Shown: piece by piece, positions 9,253-18,751 of the stretch
Layout: the number at the start of each line of letters is the position of its first letter
How positions within the stretch are numbered: the stretch's first letter is position 1
Source of the DNA: Candidatus Doudnabacteria bacterium
GTDB taxonomy: Bacteria; Patescibacteriota; Doudnabacteria; UBA920; VMFF01
Length of the DNA: 64,000 nt
Direction of reading: 5' to 3'
Assembly (NCBI GenBank): GCA_028286905.1
Contig: JAQBQP010000002.1
Span: 453,358 to 517,357 of the forward strand
Translations under genes and position numbers: made by a program
Notes under the pieces: generated by a model
The model's database searches: none
What the model saw: only the letters and a program-made list of their open reading frames with translations
Told to the model about the DNA's origin: nothing

Positions 9253-10671
9253 ATGAAATTTAGCTTTTATAACACTCTTAAACACCGGATTGAACAGTTT
9301 AAACCGCTAAATAAAGCTGAGGTTAAGCTATACACTTGCGGACCTACTGTTTATAACCATGCCCATATCGGCAACCTTCGAGCTTATCTAAGTGCGGATA
9401 TTTTAAAGCGCGCATTGCAATTTAATGATTACGATGTAAATTGGGTAATGAACATTACGGATATTGATGACAAAACAATTGCAAATACAATAAAAGAACA
9501 TGGAAACAGTGCAAATGTTGAAAATTTAAAAGAATTTACCAATCGTTTTTACCAGATTTTTTTAGAAGATTTAAAAAAAATTAATATCGAACCAAAGGAT
9601 ATCAGTTTCGTAAAGGTTACCGAAAAAATTGCTGATATCCAAGAGTATATCGTTAAGCTAATGGAAAAAGGCTACGCTTACAAAACTGAAGACGGATCAA
9701 CTTACTTTAGCATCGCAAAATATCAAAAAGACTTTGGCGATTATGGCGATTTAGTTGGAGAGAAGTTTATCGAAGGAAAAAAGATTGGCGCACGAGTTAA
9801 GGTAGATGAATACGATAAGGAAAATTTATCAGACTTTGCTTTGTGGAAAGCACATGGCGATGATGATGCAGAAATTTTTTGGGACCATCCAGTGCTCGGC
9901 AAAGGCCGTCCTGGCTGGCATATTGAGTGTACTCTAATTAACTATTACAAATTCCCTTCCGGAACCGACATTCATACTGGCGGTATAGACTTATTATTTC
10001 CGCACCACACTAACGAGATCGCCCAAGGCCAAGCTTTGTATCGTCCTTATGTAAACTATTGGATGCACTCCGACCATATTCAGGTTAAAGGCACAAAAAT
10101 GGCAAAAAGTGCTGGAAATTTTCTATTGTTAAGTAATTTAGAGCAGCGTTATATTAATCCCCTGGCTTTTAGATATTTAATATTACAATCTCACTACAAG
10201 AGCAAGTTAAATATTACTGATGAGAGCTTGGCGGCGGCACAATCTGGTTATAACAATATTATTAAAGAGATCAGTAAATTAAAAAACGAAAGTAATCCTA
10301 GCATTACGGCTACCCCAAACGCTATATTAGTGGATAAATTTAGACAAGCGATCAATAATGATTTAAACACTTCCGAAGCAACTGCGATAATATTTAAAAT
10401 ATTAGATTCGGAAATATCCGTTGAAGAAAAGTTACAGACTCTTTATAAAATAGATGAGGTTTTAGGTTTAAGCTTAGAGAACTCTTACGCCCCTGATATT
10501 ATTAAAATTTCTGATCTACCGGAAAAAATTCAAATTTTAATTCAAAAAAGAGACGCCGCTCGAAAAAATAAAGATTATAGCGCTTCCGACCAACTTCGCT
10601 CCGAGCTCGAAGAACTTGGCTATCTGGTGGAAGATTCTCCGAAAGGCACCAAAGTTCAAAGAAAACCATAA
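9253..10671 (+). CDS. cysS: cysteine--tRNA ligase
   Basis: HIGN (HIGH-like) and KMAKS (KMSKS) class-I motifs. A zinc ligand Cys is present. Start refined to the in-frame ATG at 9253 (MKFSFYN...); the track ORF runs from 9181 and overlaps the upstream gene. Confidence 0.85.
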   Translation: MKFSFYNTLKHRIEQFKPLNKAEVKLYTCGPTVYNHAHIGNLRAYLSADILKRALQFNDYDVNWVMNITDIDDKTIANTIKEHGNSANVENLKEFTNRFYQIFLEDLKKINIEPKDISFVKVTEKIADIQEYIVKLMEKGYAYKTEDGSTYFSIAKYQKDFGDYGDLVGEKFIEGKKIGARVKVDEYDKENLSDFALWKAHGDDDAEIFWDHPVLGKGRPGWHIECTLINYYKFPSGTDIHTGGIDLLFPHHTNEIAQGQALYRPYVNYWMHSDHIQVKGTKMAKSAGNFLLLSNLEQRYINPLAFRYLILQSHYKSKLNITDESLAAAQSGYNNIIKEISKLKNESNPSITATPNAILVDKFRQAINNDLNTSEATAIIFKILDSEISVEEKLQTLYKIDEVLGLSLENSYAPDIIKISDLPEKIQILIQKRDAARKNKDYSASDQLRSELEELGYLVEDSPKGTKVQRKP

Positions 10672-10723
10672 GCAGCAGTACAACCTTGCCATAAGCAAGG
10701 TTTTATTGTAGAATAAATCCCAT

Positions 10724-11698
10724 ATGTCAGAAAAATTTTCTTGGGAAAAATTAAAACACCCTGTTGTTGCTTTAGCGCCAATGTCTGGTATCTCAGATTC
10801 ACCAATGCGCTTAATGGCAAAGAAATTCGGCTCAGATATTGAGTTCTCCGAGTTTATTTCAGCTGCCAGTTTATTTTACAAAACTGAAAATGAAAAAAGC
10901 TTTGCCTTAGCACACTTTCTAGAAGAAGAGCGCCCATACATAATCCAGTTATTTGGCAACGATCCGGCGCATTTTAAAGTGGCTACGAAAATTTTAGCAG
11001 AAAAATACAAGCCGGACGGCTTTGATATTAACTTTGGCTGCCCAGCACACTCGGTTGTTAATTCAGGGGCTGGCTCCGCGTTGTTTTGCGAACCTGCAAA
11101 AGCGAAGCAAATTATTGAAACCGTAAAAGAAGCCAGCGGTGGGTTGCCAACCTCTATAAAACTACGCGCAGCATACAAAAAAATCCCTGCGGCTGAGTTC
11201 ATAAACAATATTCAAGGAGCTCCATTTGAAAATGTGACTTTACATATGCGCACTTATGAGCAATTGCATACCGGAGAACCTAACTGGGACACTGCTAAAG
11301 AGCTTAAACAGATTTTAAAAGTGCCATTAATTATAAACGGCGGAATTAACAGCGGGGAAAAAGCCAAAGCAGCTTTAGAATATACAGGCGCCGATGGCGT
11401 TATGATTGCTCAAGCTTCCTTAGGTAACCCTTTTATCTTTAGAGAAATACAGGCGGCTTTAAATAACCAACCAATCCCTGTTACGACTTTACAGGAACGA
11501 ATAGAAACAGCCTTAGAGCATGCGCGCTTAATGGTACAAACCAAAGGACCAAAACATGGCGTAATCGAAATGCGAAAACATCTAGCATGGTACTTTAAAG
11601 GCTACCCAAACGTTTCAGAATTGCGTTCTAAGCTAGTTAGAGTTGAATCATTGGCTGAACTAGAAGAAACATTAAAAAGTGCTGTTTTTAGTGTTTAA
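10724..11698 (+). CDS. dus: tRNA-dihydrouridine synthase
   Basis: TIM-barrel Dus-family layout. It starts ALAPMSGISD and has a conserved catalytic Cys region. Confidence 0.75.
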   Translation: MSEKFSWEKLKHPVVALAPMSGISDSPMRLMAKKFGSDIEFSEFISAASLFYKTENEKSFALAHFLEEERPYIIQLFGNDPAHFKVATKILAEKYKPDGFDINFGCPAHSVVNSGAGSALFCEPAKAKQIIETVKEASGGLPTSIKLRAAYKKIPAAEFINNIQGAPFENVTLHMRTYEQLHTGEPNWDTAKELKQILKVPLIINGGINSGEKAKAALEYTGADGVMIAQASLGNPFIFREIQAALNNQPIPVTTLQERIETALEHARLMVQTKGPKHGVIEMRKHLAWYFKGYPNVSELRSKLVRVESLAELEETLKSAVFSV

Positions 11699-12390
11699 AA
11701 TAAATCTGGGTACAACTCCCCTATACTGGTAAATTCGTTTGCTCCGACAACAATATGGTCAATTAATTGAATGCCCACGACCTTGCCAGCGTCGGATACT
11801 TGTTTAGTTACTTCCAAGTCCGCTTTACTAGGGAGACTAGCTCCTGACGGATGGTTATGTGCCAAAATTATGCGTGAAGCATAATTTTTTATTGCAGCAA
11901 TATAAATTTCTCGAGGGTGCAATAAAGAAGAGTCCAGTGTTCCTATTGAGATGGTTCGAGGGTCTGTTATTAATCTTGATCTACTGTCTAAGCAAAAGAG
12001 TAAAAGGTGTTCTTTTTTCTCGTTTTTTAAATACTTGTCTGCTAGCTTAAAAGCATCTAAAGAATTAAAAATATTACCCGATTGAGGTTGGACATATTCC
12101 ACTTGTAATCTTTTGCCTAGCTCAAATGCTGCTTTAATTTGGACAGCTTTAACATAGCCAACCCCTTCAATGGAAGTTAGGTCTGGAATGCTTGCATCAT
12201 TAAGCTCTTCTAAGCTTTTATATTTGGAAAATATGTTTTTTGTAAGATTTATCACCGAACCAACCTTAGAACTTCCATGCCCGAGTATAATCCCCAACAG
12301 TTCTTGCAAGGACAATGAACTCGCACCAAAACTGCGTAGGCGCTCTCGAGGTCGATCTACTAATGGTAAATCTTGAATTGTTACTGACAT
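11695..12390 (-). CDS. radC: RadC-family JAB/MPN domain protein
   Basis: C-terminal HNHPSG motif of the JAMM/MPN+ fold. N-terminal helix-hairpin-helix-like region. Confidence 0.8.
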   Translation of the reverse strand: MSVTIQDLPLVDRPRERLRSFGASSLSLQELLGIILGHGSSKVGSVINLTKNIFSKYKSLEELNDASIPDLTSIEGVGYVKAVQIKAAFELGKRLQVEYVQPQSGNIFNSLDAFKLADKYLKNEKKEHLLLFCLDSRSRLITDPRTISIGTLDSSLLHPREIYIAAIKNYASRIILAHNHPSGASLPSKADLEVTKQVSDAGKVVGIQLIDHIVVGANEFTSIGELYPDLF

Positions 12391-12639
12391 TTAACCCTCG
12401 CTATAAACTTGCTCTAGCTTCCACTGCAAGTTCTTAGTATTGAACGCTAATTTAAAGAAATTAGCACTATCTGAAACAGAGAAATAATGAATTAGCGTTT
12501 GTCCTTCTAAAGTTTGATGGCGCATATTTACTTTGTTTATATTGTAAACACGACCATTCCACTTTAAAGCCTTCGGCCAAACCAAATTTTTCTTGAATAT
12601 TGTCATCACTTCTACAACTTCATTTACTTCTGACAACAT
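12391..12639 (-). CDS. hypothetical protein (82 aa), within the apparent lexA operon
   Basis: ORF track. It is contiguous with radC: the stop of this ORF abuts the radC start. Confidence 0.4.
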   Translation of the reverse strand: MLSEVNEVVEVMTIFKKNLVWPKALKWNGRVYNINKVNMRHQTLEGQTLIHYFSVSDSANFFKLAFNTKNLQWKLEQVYSEG

Positions 12640-12656
12640 TTGCCTCCTAACGAAAT

Positions 12657-12836
12657 ATTATTCCACGAAATTCATCGTTAACTATTAATGGTATGCCTCT
12701 AATAGAAGATACTTGGTCAGATATTTTTTGAATAGGACAATCATGTTTTTGACCGTTAACGCAGTGTGCGCAAAGCCTTTGAATGTTTTGTATTATTGTA
12801 TTTTTAGTTTTTTCAAGCTCTGACATACAACCTCCA
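12657..12836 (-). CDS. small Cys-rich protein (about 59 aa), within the apparent lexA operon
   Basis: Hand translation gives MSELEKTKNTIIQNIQRLCAHCVNGQKHDCPIQKIS.... It starts immediately after the lexA stop. It is below the ORF-track length cutoff. Coordinates approximate. Confidence 0.3.
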
Positions 12837-13457
12837 TTAATCTTCTAGATTTCTAATTACACCAACTACTTTACCTTGTACGGTCCATTCTTCTTGAGGA
12901 TAAATATTTTTAAAATTTTCATTTTCTGGCTTTAGATAAGCTCTGTTCTGTACTTTAATAAAGCGCTTAACCGTAGCTTCATCGTGAAGCAATGCCACAA
13001 CTATATCATTATTCTTAACATCTTTAGTTGGCTTCACAATAACTAAATCGCCTTCTAAAATTCCTGCATTTTTCATACTTTCTCCTCTAACCCTAAGCAA
13101 GAAAACATCTTTTCTACTTTTAGTTAAAGTTTGAGGCAAATTAATCCAATCTTCGATATGCTCTTCAGCCAAAGTTGGCATACCTGCTTGGATGTTTCCC
13201 AAAATTGGCGCTCTAAACATTCCTTTATTAAGAGATTCGCCCATTGTCTGTAAAACTTCTATTCCTCTAGCCTTTCCCGATATTTTGATATATTCCTTTT
13301 CTTCAAGTTGATCCAAAAGCTTTGATACCGCATTCTTTGAGCTTACTCTTAAGTACTTTGCCATTTCAGATAATGACGGCGGCAAACGCTTTTCTCTAAC
13401 CTCAGAAACTATAAAGCTAAGAAGTTTGGATTGTTTTTCTGTTAATTCTTCCATCAT
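12837..13457 (-). CDS. lexA: LexA repressor
   Basis: N-terminal wHTH. C-terminal S24 peptidase domain with the Ser (GESM) and Lys (KVVGVIR) dyad. Confidence 0.85.
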   Translation of the reverse strand: MMEELTEKQSKLLSFIVSEVREKRLPPSLSEMAKYLRVSSKNAVSKLLDQLEEKEYIKISGKARGIEVLQTMGESLNKGMFRAPILGNIQAGMPTLAEEHIEDWINLPQTLTKSRKDVFLLRVRGESMKNAGILEGDLVIVKPTKDVKNNDIVVALLHDEATVKRFIKVQNRAYLKPENENFKNIYPQEEWTVQGKVVGVIRNLED

Positions 13458-13522
13458 CGGGATTAAGTAAAAAAGTTAGATTTGATCCCGACAACTTATG
13501 CCAGGATATATCTATAGTAAAC

Positions 13523-13536
13523 GATCGTTCACCTGG
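13523..13536. promoter_or_regulatory. candidate LexA operator (palindrome AACGATCGTT; Cheo-box-like AAAC-N4-GTTC)
   Basis: A perfect 10-bp palindrome about 70 nt upstream of the lexA start. It resembles the GAAC-N4-GTTC class of SOS boxes. Position approximate. Confidence 0.3.
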
Positions 13537-13617
13537 TGTCAACTCTAAAATTATCTAGGCTTTTTAAGCGCTAGACGCAGTTATCCACAAAAAAAATAGA
13601 ACACAAAAAGGTTCTAT

Positions 13618-13767
13618 TTGAATTCCGCTATAACATCGTCATCTTCCCCAGCACACTCTTTGCAAAGGTCCGGCTGAGTTACAGATCGATTAGTTGCACT
13701 TAAATGCCGCCCGCAAATTGCACAAGTATCAGCATCGGCATCTAATTGATCATATGGGTCTGCCATA
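13618..13767 (-). CDS. small zinc-ribbon protein (about 49 aa)
   Basis: Hand translation gives MADPYDQLDADADTCAICGRHL...CKECAG..., with two CxxC pairs. Followed by a hairpin and T-run. Coordinates approximate. Confidence 0.3.
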
Positions 13768-13781
13768 TATCTTCTTTAATT

Positions 13782-14063
13782 TTATTTTTTTGCTAAAAGA
13801 AAATTTATTATATGAACCACTGATTCCCAAATATTTTTTAATATCGGAAGAGACGCTGGGAGCAAAATTATCAAGGCAATTATCCAAATAAAGTCTTTCG
13901 ACAGTACTTTGAATATTCCATAAATAATCAATATTGCCAACAAAAAAGAAATTACCGGGTGCAAACTAACTGGGAAATAACCTAAAAATTGATTGTAAAT
14001 TGAGTATATTCCATCCATGTCTATATTGTAGCAAATCCACGCTAATTGGAAAGTGTTGACCAA
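13782..14063 (-). CDS. small membrane protein (93 aa)
   Basis: ORF track. Two or three hydrophobic helices. Confidence 0.35.
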   Translation of the reverse strand: MVNTFQLAWICYNIDMDGIYSIYNQFLGYFPVSLHPVISFLLAILIIYGIFKVLSKDFIWIIALIILLPASLPILKNIWESVVHIINFLLAKK

Positions 14064-14074
14064 GAGAGCATTTT

Positions 14075-14422
14075 ATGGGATTATCCAGATATGAACGAGC
14101 GTCGTCGCTAGCAAGCACGAAGGCCTTCAGATTGATGGAGGATTTCATCATGGAGCTGGAGCAACAGATACCGCTGTTTCCGGAAGACGCAGAGAAGTTG
14201 CGTCAAATCGCGATGGTAAGATCATCTCTCGAAGGTGTTCGTCGCCATAACGACGACATTCAGCTGAGGGTTGTCTGCATGGACGGCCTTCTGCAGCTTG
14301 AGACTTACTACCACAGTCCTCGCGGAGACACCATCTACTACCTCGTTTTGTATCCCGGAAACAAGGGGTACCGCCGAGTCACTGGCCTCCGGTTTGCCTA
14401 CAACCAGGTCACAGCCTCGTAG
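14075..14422 (+). CDS. hypothetical protein on a GC-rich insert
   Basis: The ORF sits on a roughly 400-bp segment that is visibly much more GC-rich than its flanks. It is followed by a hairpin with T-run at about 14455-14495. Confidence 0.4.
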   Translation: MGLSRYERASSLASTKAFRLMEDFIMELEQQIPLFPEDAEKLRQIAMVRSSLEGVRRHNDDIQLRVVCMDGLLQLETYYHSPRGDTIYYLVLYPGNKGYRRVTGLRFAYNQVTAS

Positions 14423-14513
14423 CCACATAACGCCCTACGGTAAGCCCCGCTTCACGAAAACGAAAAGCGCGAACGACATATTATGCTCGTCCGCGCTTTT
14501 TCTATTCCAATTG

Positions 14514-15077
14514 TTATTTCAGCTTATTCACAATTACGATATGCGGATTTTCAAAAATATCTTTCATAAACCGATCAAAAATACTTTTGCGGTATTCATA
14601 CTCTTTTGTTTCAAAAACTGCGTAGTTTAATTCTAAGCCCATAATTTTCTCTGCACCAGCAATAAAATTTGATAGCGCCTTCTCAGAAATATCTCCGGCT
14701 AACAAAATATCGCAGTCTGTCTCGGTATCTGCGCAAAAAATTCCGCAAAGAACTCCAACTTTCAAATTTGGAATTTTTTTCATATTCCGAACCAACTCAT
14801 CTTCATAATTTTTAAAGGTTTTGGAAACAGACAAACGCAAATCATTTAAAAAAGGATTTTTCTTATTCACGAGATAATAGCGTTTTTCTTTCTTGGTAAA
14901 GGTCATCAAAAGGCCGGTTTTAACAAAAAAACTTAAATGCGGCGCCAAGGCCTTAGAAGATAATCTTTTTTCCAATTCACCCAAGTAAAAACTTCTTTCC
15001 GGGCTTGCCAATAACAAGCCAATGATTTTGGTTTTAAGGTTATTTTCTAGAATGCTTTCAAGCAGGTTCTCTGACAT
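14514..15077 (-). CDS. hypothetical protein with N-terminal wHTH-like region
   Basis: ORF track, 187 aa. Divergent from the 647-aa membrane protein. Confidence 0.4.
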   Translation of the reverse strand: MSENLLESILENNLKTKIIGLLLASPERSFYLGELEKRLSSKALAPHLSFFVKTGLLMTFTKKEKRYYLVNKKNPFLNDLRLSVSKTFKNYEDELVRNMKKIPNLKVGVLCGIFCADTETDCDILLAGDISEKALSNFIAGAEKIMGLELNYAVFETKEYEYRKSIFDRFMKDIFENPHIVIVNKLK

Positions 15078-15149
15078 ATGAAAAAGTATACCACAGGCTT
15101 GAATTTTTGTTGAGTTTTTCCATAATTTATGCTATTTTTTAGGTAAGAA

Positions 15150-17093
15150 ATGAACTCTTTAGAAACACAAGTCGGCCAAATATTTATCAGCGACAAAAAG
15201 CTTTCCAAAAGCTTTGTTTGTTTATTATCAGAAAAAGTGCCGGAGACTAACGCAGAGATTTTTTCGCTCGTTGAAATACCGATTCTAAATCCAAGCGCTT
15301 GGTCTGAATATGAAAAGTTGGCCAAACTAATCCAAACTATTTTACGAAAGAACTTCCGCAAAACTAATGAAAATGCTTTTGAAAACTCGATTGCCCAAAT
15401 AAATGATGAGTTAGCAAAGTTTGCCGCCGCTGGACAGACCGCTTGGGTTGGTAAAATTAATGCTTGCCTGGCAGTTCGACAAAACGATAATTTATTTATT
15501 TCCACAACCGGCAAGATTCATGCTTATCTTTTCCGAGATAAACAACTTTCTGATATTGCTGACTCGCCTACAAAAATAAATCCTTTGAAAACTTTTGAAA
15601 ACTTTGCAGTTGGAAAAGTTGCCAAAAAGGATTTTTTGATTTTTACAACTACCCAGCTTTTAAATTACATTTCAATTGAGCGATTAAAAGATATTATCAG
15701 CAAGGCTGACCTCGGTGTTGCCTGCCAAAGCATTGCTGGTATTATTAAAGATTTAGCTGATCAAACTGTTTCTTTTGGGACTTTCATTTTGGAGTTAGGA
15801 ACTCCCAAAGAAAACGGAGTTGAAAGTGTTTTAAAATTCACAGGCTTAACAGAACAGAAATCGTCTCAAAAAATAATTTCGAACTTAACGCCGGTAATCG
15901 GCACTTTTTATAAAAAAGTCCTTTGGAAGATAAAAAACTTTAAAAAGCCGCAAATTAATTTAAAAGATGTTAACCCGATGCTAATTGCAGAACGGGCTAA
16001 AAAGATGACCGATTTAAATAAGATTAAAGCTTTGCCAAAAGCAAAAAAGTTCTTTTTAGCATCTGCGGCATTGTTTATTATCATTCTTTTAATAAATCTT
16101 TTTGTTGCAATCCATGTCCGTTCAAAGCACAAATTAACTGACCAAGCGAATCAAGTTTTTGCGGACATCCAAACTAAGATTAACCAAGCAAACAGTGCTT
16201 ATATTTATAACGATAAAACTCAAGCAGCTACATTGCTTGCGGAAGCCCAAGCAGAGTTAACAAAAATTCCTAGCGGAACAGCTTTTGAAAGCCAAAAAAA
16301 TAAAACTAACTCGGATATAATTGATCTACAAAACAGCTTAGGCGGCCTAAGAACAGTTCAAGTTACTGAAGTCGCTAAATATTCTGATAATACAGTGAGT
16401 AATTTTAAAAGTGCCGGGGGCTCGATGTATCTCAGTAATGCCTCTGGATTGTTCGTACCATTCAAAAACGGCTCGCTAGGACAAGCATTTACTCTTTCGA
16501 ATACATCTATCGCCGGCATAAATACTACTGACAGCAGCTTAATTTTTAGCGATAACAATGGACAGCTGTTTCAAGTCGACCCAATAAATAAAATCGGCGT
16601 AAAAGAAGCTGCGAATTTAACCTTGGGCAAGGGCTTGGCCTTTTACGGGAATACCGTGAAAGCTTATACGGTAGATACTAGATCTAACCAAATTCTAAAC
16701 GTGACCTTGAATAAGAATGCCCAGCAAACGAACTACTTAAAACAATCTTCTGATTTATCTAACGTCATCGATTTAGCGATTGATGGATCAGTTTATCTTT
16801 TATACCCTGATCGTATCAAAAAGTTTGTTTCTGGCAACGAAAAAAGCTTTACAAATCCAAGTTTAAAATATTCAACAAAAGCAAAAATCTACGCAAATAG
16901 CAATTGGAAATACCTTTATGTTCTTGATCCTGATGCAAAAAAGATCATAGTATTAGATAAGAGCGGCAGTGTGAAAGCACAGTACACATCAGATAAATTT
17001 ACAAACCTCAAAGACATGGTTGTTGATGAAGCCGCTAAAAATATTTACCTTTTAAACGACACGAGCATTCTAGAATTTCAATCGCCAATATAA
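15150..17093 (+). CDS. membrane protein with N-terminal PP2C-like domain, one TM helix and a beta-rich C-terminal domain
   Basis: GKINACLAVRQNDNLFISTTGKIHAYLFRD resembles the PP2C/SpoIIE core. There is one TM helix (FFLASAALFIIILLINLFVAIHV). The C-terminal half is a long S/T/N-rich region. Confidence 0.4.
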   Translation: MNSLETQVGQIFISDKKLSKSFVCLLSEKVPETNAEIFSLVEIPILNPSAWSEYEKLAKLIQTILRKNFRKTNENAFENSIAQINDELAKFAAAGQTAWVGKINACLAVRQNDNLFISTTGKIHAYLFRDKQLSDIADSPTKINPLKTFENFAVGKVAKKDFLIFTTTQLLNYISIERLKDIISKADLGVACQSIAGIIKDLADQTVSFGTFILELGTPKENGVESVLKFTGLTEQKSSQKIISNLTPVIGTFYKKVLWKIKNFKKPQINLKDVNPMLIAERAKKMTDLNKIKALPKAKKFFLASAALFIIILLINLFVAIHVRSKHKLTDQANQVFADIQTKINQANSAYIYNDKTQAATLLAEAQAELTKIPSGTAFESQKNKTNSDIIDLQNSLGGLRTVQVTEVAKYSDNTVSNFKSAGGSMYLSNASGLFVPFKNGSLGQAFTLSNTSIAGINTTDSSLIFSDNNGQLFQVDPINKIGVKEAANLTLGKGLAFYGNTVKAYTVDTRSNQILNVTLNKNAQQTNYLKQSSDLSNVIDLAIDGSVYLLYPDRIKKFVSGNEKSFTNPSLKYSTKAKIYANSNWKYLYVLDPDAKKIIVLDKSGSVKAQYTSDKFTNLKDMVVDEAAKNIYLLNDTSILEFQSPI

Positions 17094-17617
17094 AAACGTC
17101 GCAACATTTTTTCCGCATAATTAATCCTAGTTTTCACGGAATACACTGGGATCTTTATGATCGCACTAATTTCCTTGTAAGTGAGATTTTGGAAGTAATA
17201 AAGCTCTAAAATTATTGAGTGCGTTTTATTGATTAAGCTTAATGATTCAAATAGCTTGTGGCTTATTAAAGTCTTTTCCAACTGCGCATCCGGTAAGATA
17301 TCACCGGCAATGCTAAAATTATCAAGCGGTTCAGCGACAGGTTTCATCAAAAAAGTTTTTACGCAATTAATCGCAATGGTATAAAGCCAGGTCTTCCATT
17401 TTTTGGTTTGATCAAAAGTATCGCTTTTAAGATAAGCTCGGATGAAAGCTTCTTGAACAATATCCGCTGCTTGATCATAATCTCTTAAGTAATTATGATA
17501 AATGAAATTTAGCAAGGGTTCTTGATGACGGTCCACCAAAATTCTGTAAGCATCCGGATTTGAAACGGTTTGAATTGCTAACTCTTCGTCGCTTTGCGGA
17601 TAATGGAAGCTGAGCAT
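17078..17617 (-). CDS. ECF-type RNA polymerase sigma factor (sigma-70 family)
   Basis: Region 2 (LNFIYHNYLRDYDQAADIVQEAFIRAY) and region 4 HTH. The likely start is the internal ATG (MLSFHYP...), because the track start lies inside a terminator hairpin. Confidence 0.7.
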   Translation of the reverse strand: MLSFHYPQSDEELAIQTVSNPDAYRILVDRHQEPLLNFIYHNYLRDYDQAADIVQEAFIRAYLKSDTFDQTKKWKTWLYTIAINCVKTFLMKPVAEPLDNFSIAGDILPDAQLEKTLISHKLFESLSLINKTHSIILELYYFQNLTYKEISAIIKIPVYSVKTRINYAEKMLRRFYIGD

Positions 17618-17689
17618 ATTTTTAGTTTTAATACTGCCCACTAAACATACTCCAACAAAATTAAATAAAAATAAAAAAAGCACCGTATA

Positions 17690-18170
17690 CTTTTTCGACC
17701 TTGGGAGGCCTAGAAGTATACGGTGTGCTCGTGGGAGGCACGATTTCTTTTTTTGTTTTACCGGCCTATCGGTAAGCGATTGGGTTGGGATTGGGCCCCT
17801 ACCGACGCTTGCGAGAGTTCTCTCCGATTCAGCGAAGCCGAATAAGAAAGCTGTTCGCCAAACAAACTAAGAAACCAACACAGTGAGTGACCGGCCCAAG
17901 ATCGAGACTCTTTTCAAAGCTTCCTTGCGGTTGCCTCTAGAAAGTTTTCGTCTTGTGACGATATCTGACTGTTGTACCTACAGCGCATGGTGCAGTCGAC
18001 CGATGTGACACATCTCGTTCAGGTTCACCGGCAAAGGCTTGCCTGTTCGAGGGCCGCATGATGCTGGACCGAACACTGTTTGGATAACTCCTCCTACGAG
18101 CTGTCCTTTTTCGCGGATCTTTCCTGCTAATCCCCTCCACCGGAAGGTTGTCGCAGACCAGATTTCGCGA
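17690..18170 (-). ncRNA. candidate structured non-coding transcript (class unknown)
   Basis: About 480 nt, relatively GC-rich, with only short overlapping ORFs on both strands. On the minus strand there is a sigma-70-like promoter (TTGACC-17-TATTCT) at about 18170-18200. A strong hairpin with T7 run at about 17690-17740 closes it. Class unresolved. Confidence 0.3.
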
Positions 18171-18284
18171 TTCAGTAATTGCAGAATACTCCCAACCAAT
18201 AGTATGGTCAAGCACGGTTACAAGCATCTTTTCCACCAAGTTATCCAGTTCTTATCCACTTTTGCTTCAAAATTAGTGACATTA

Positions 18285-18315
18285 AAAAAAACGGCCCTTT
18301 CGGACCATTTTTATA
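18285..18315 (-). terminator. rplL terminator
   Basis: GGTCCGAAAGGGCCG followed by a T8 run on the minus strand. Confidence 0.45.
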
Positions 18316-18339
18316 AACTTAGTAGAACTGAGGCAGTAG

Positions 18340-18732
18340 TTATTTCAAAACTGCTTTACCACCAGCTTCTTCAATTTTCTTTTTCATTTCTTCAGCTTCA
18401 GCCTTAGCAACATTTTCCTTGATTGCTTTTGGAGCGCCATCGACTAAGTCCTTAGCTTCCTTTAGACCAACGCCTGTGATTTCACGAACAACTTTGATTA
18501 CGCCAATTTTGTTAGCGCCACTTTCAGTTAATTCTACTGTGAATTCTGTCTTTTCTTCAGCGGCAGCAGCACCACCGGCGGCAGGCATAGAGCCCATCAT
18601 CATTGGAGCAGCAGCTGAAACGCCAAACTTTTCTTCTAATACTTTAACTAATTCTGAAAGTTCCAAAACTGATAGTTTTTCGATTTGTTCAACCAAACCT
18701 TGGAATTTTTCAGGAACTTGTGTGTCTGCCAT
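18340..18732 (-). CDS. rplL: 50S ribosomal protein L7/L12
   Basis: Characteristic Ala/Gly-rich hinge and the C-terminal EAK...GAP...KEAEE domain. Confidence 0.9.
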   Translation of the reverse strand: MADTQVPEKFQGLVEQIEKLSVLELSELVKVLEEKFGVSAAAPMMMGSMPAAGGAAAAEEKTEFTVELTESGANKIGVIKVVREITGVGLKEAKDLVDGAPKAIKENVAKAEAEEMKKKIEEAGGKAVLK

Positions 18733-18751
18733 ATAATAAATTCCTTTCTAA

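Noticed and set aside
17690-18170. Assigning the ORF-free unit as RNase P RNA
   Set aside because: Only a partial P4-like AGGAAAGATCCG stretch was found. I could not find the pairing partner CCGGAT/ACAGAA-CCGGCUUA region or the GGUAAG/AGCGCACC modules by eye. It is left as an unclassified candidate ncRNA.
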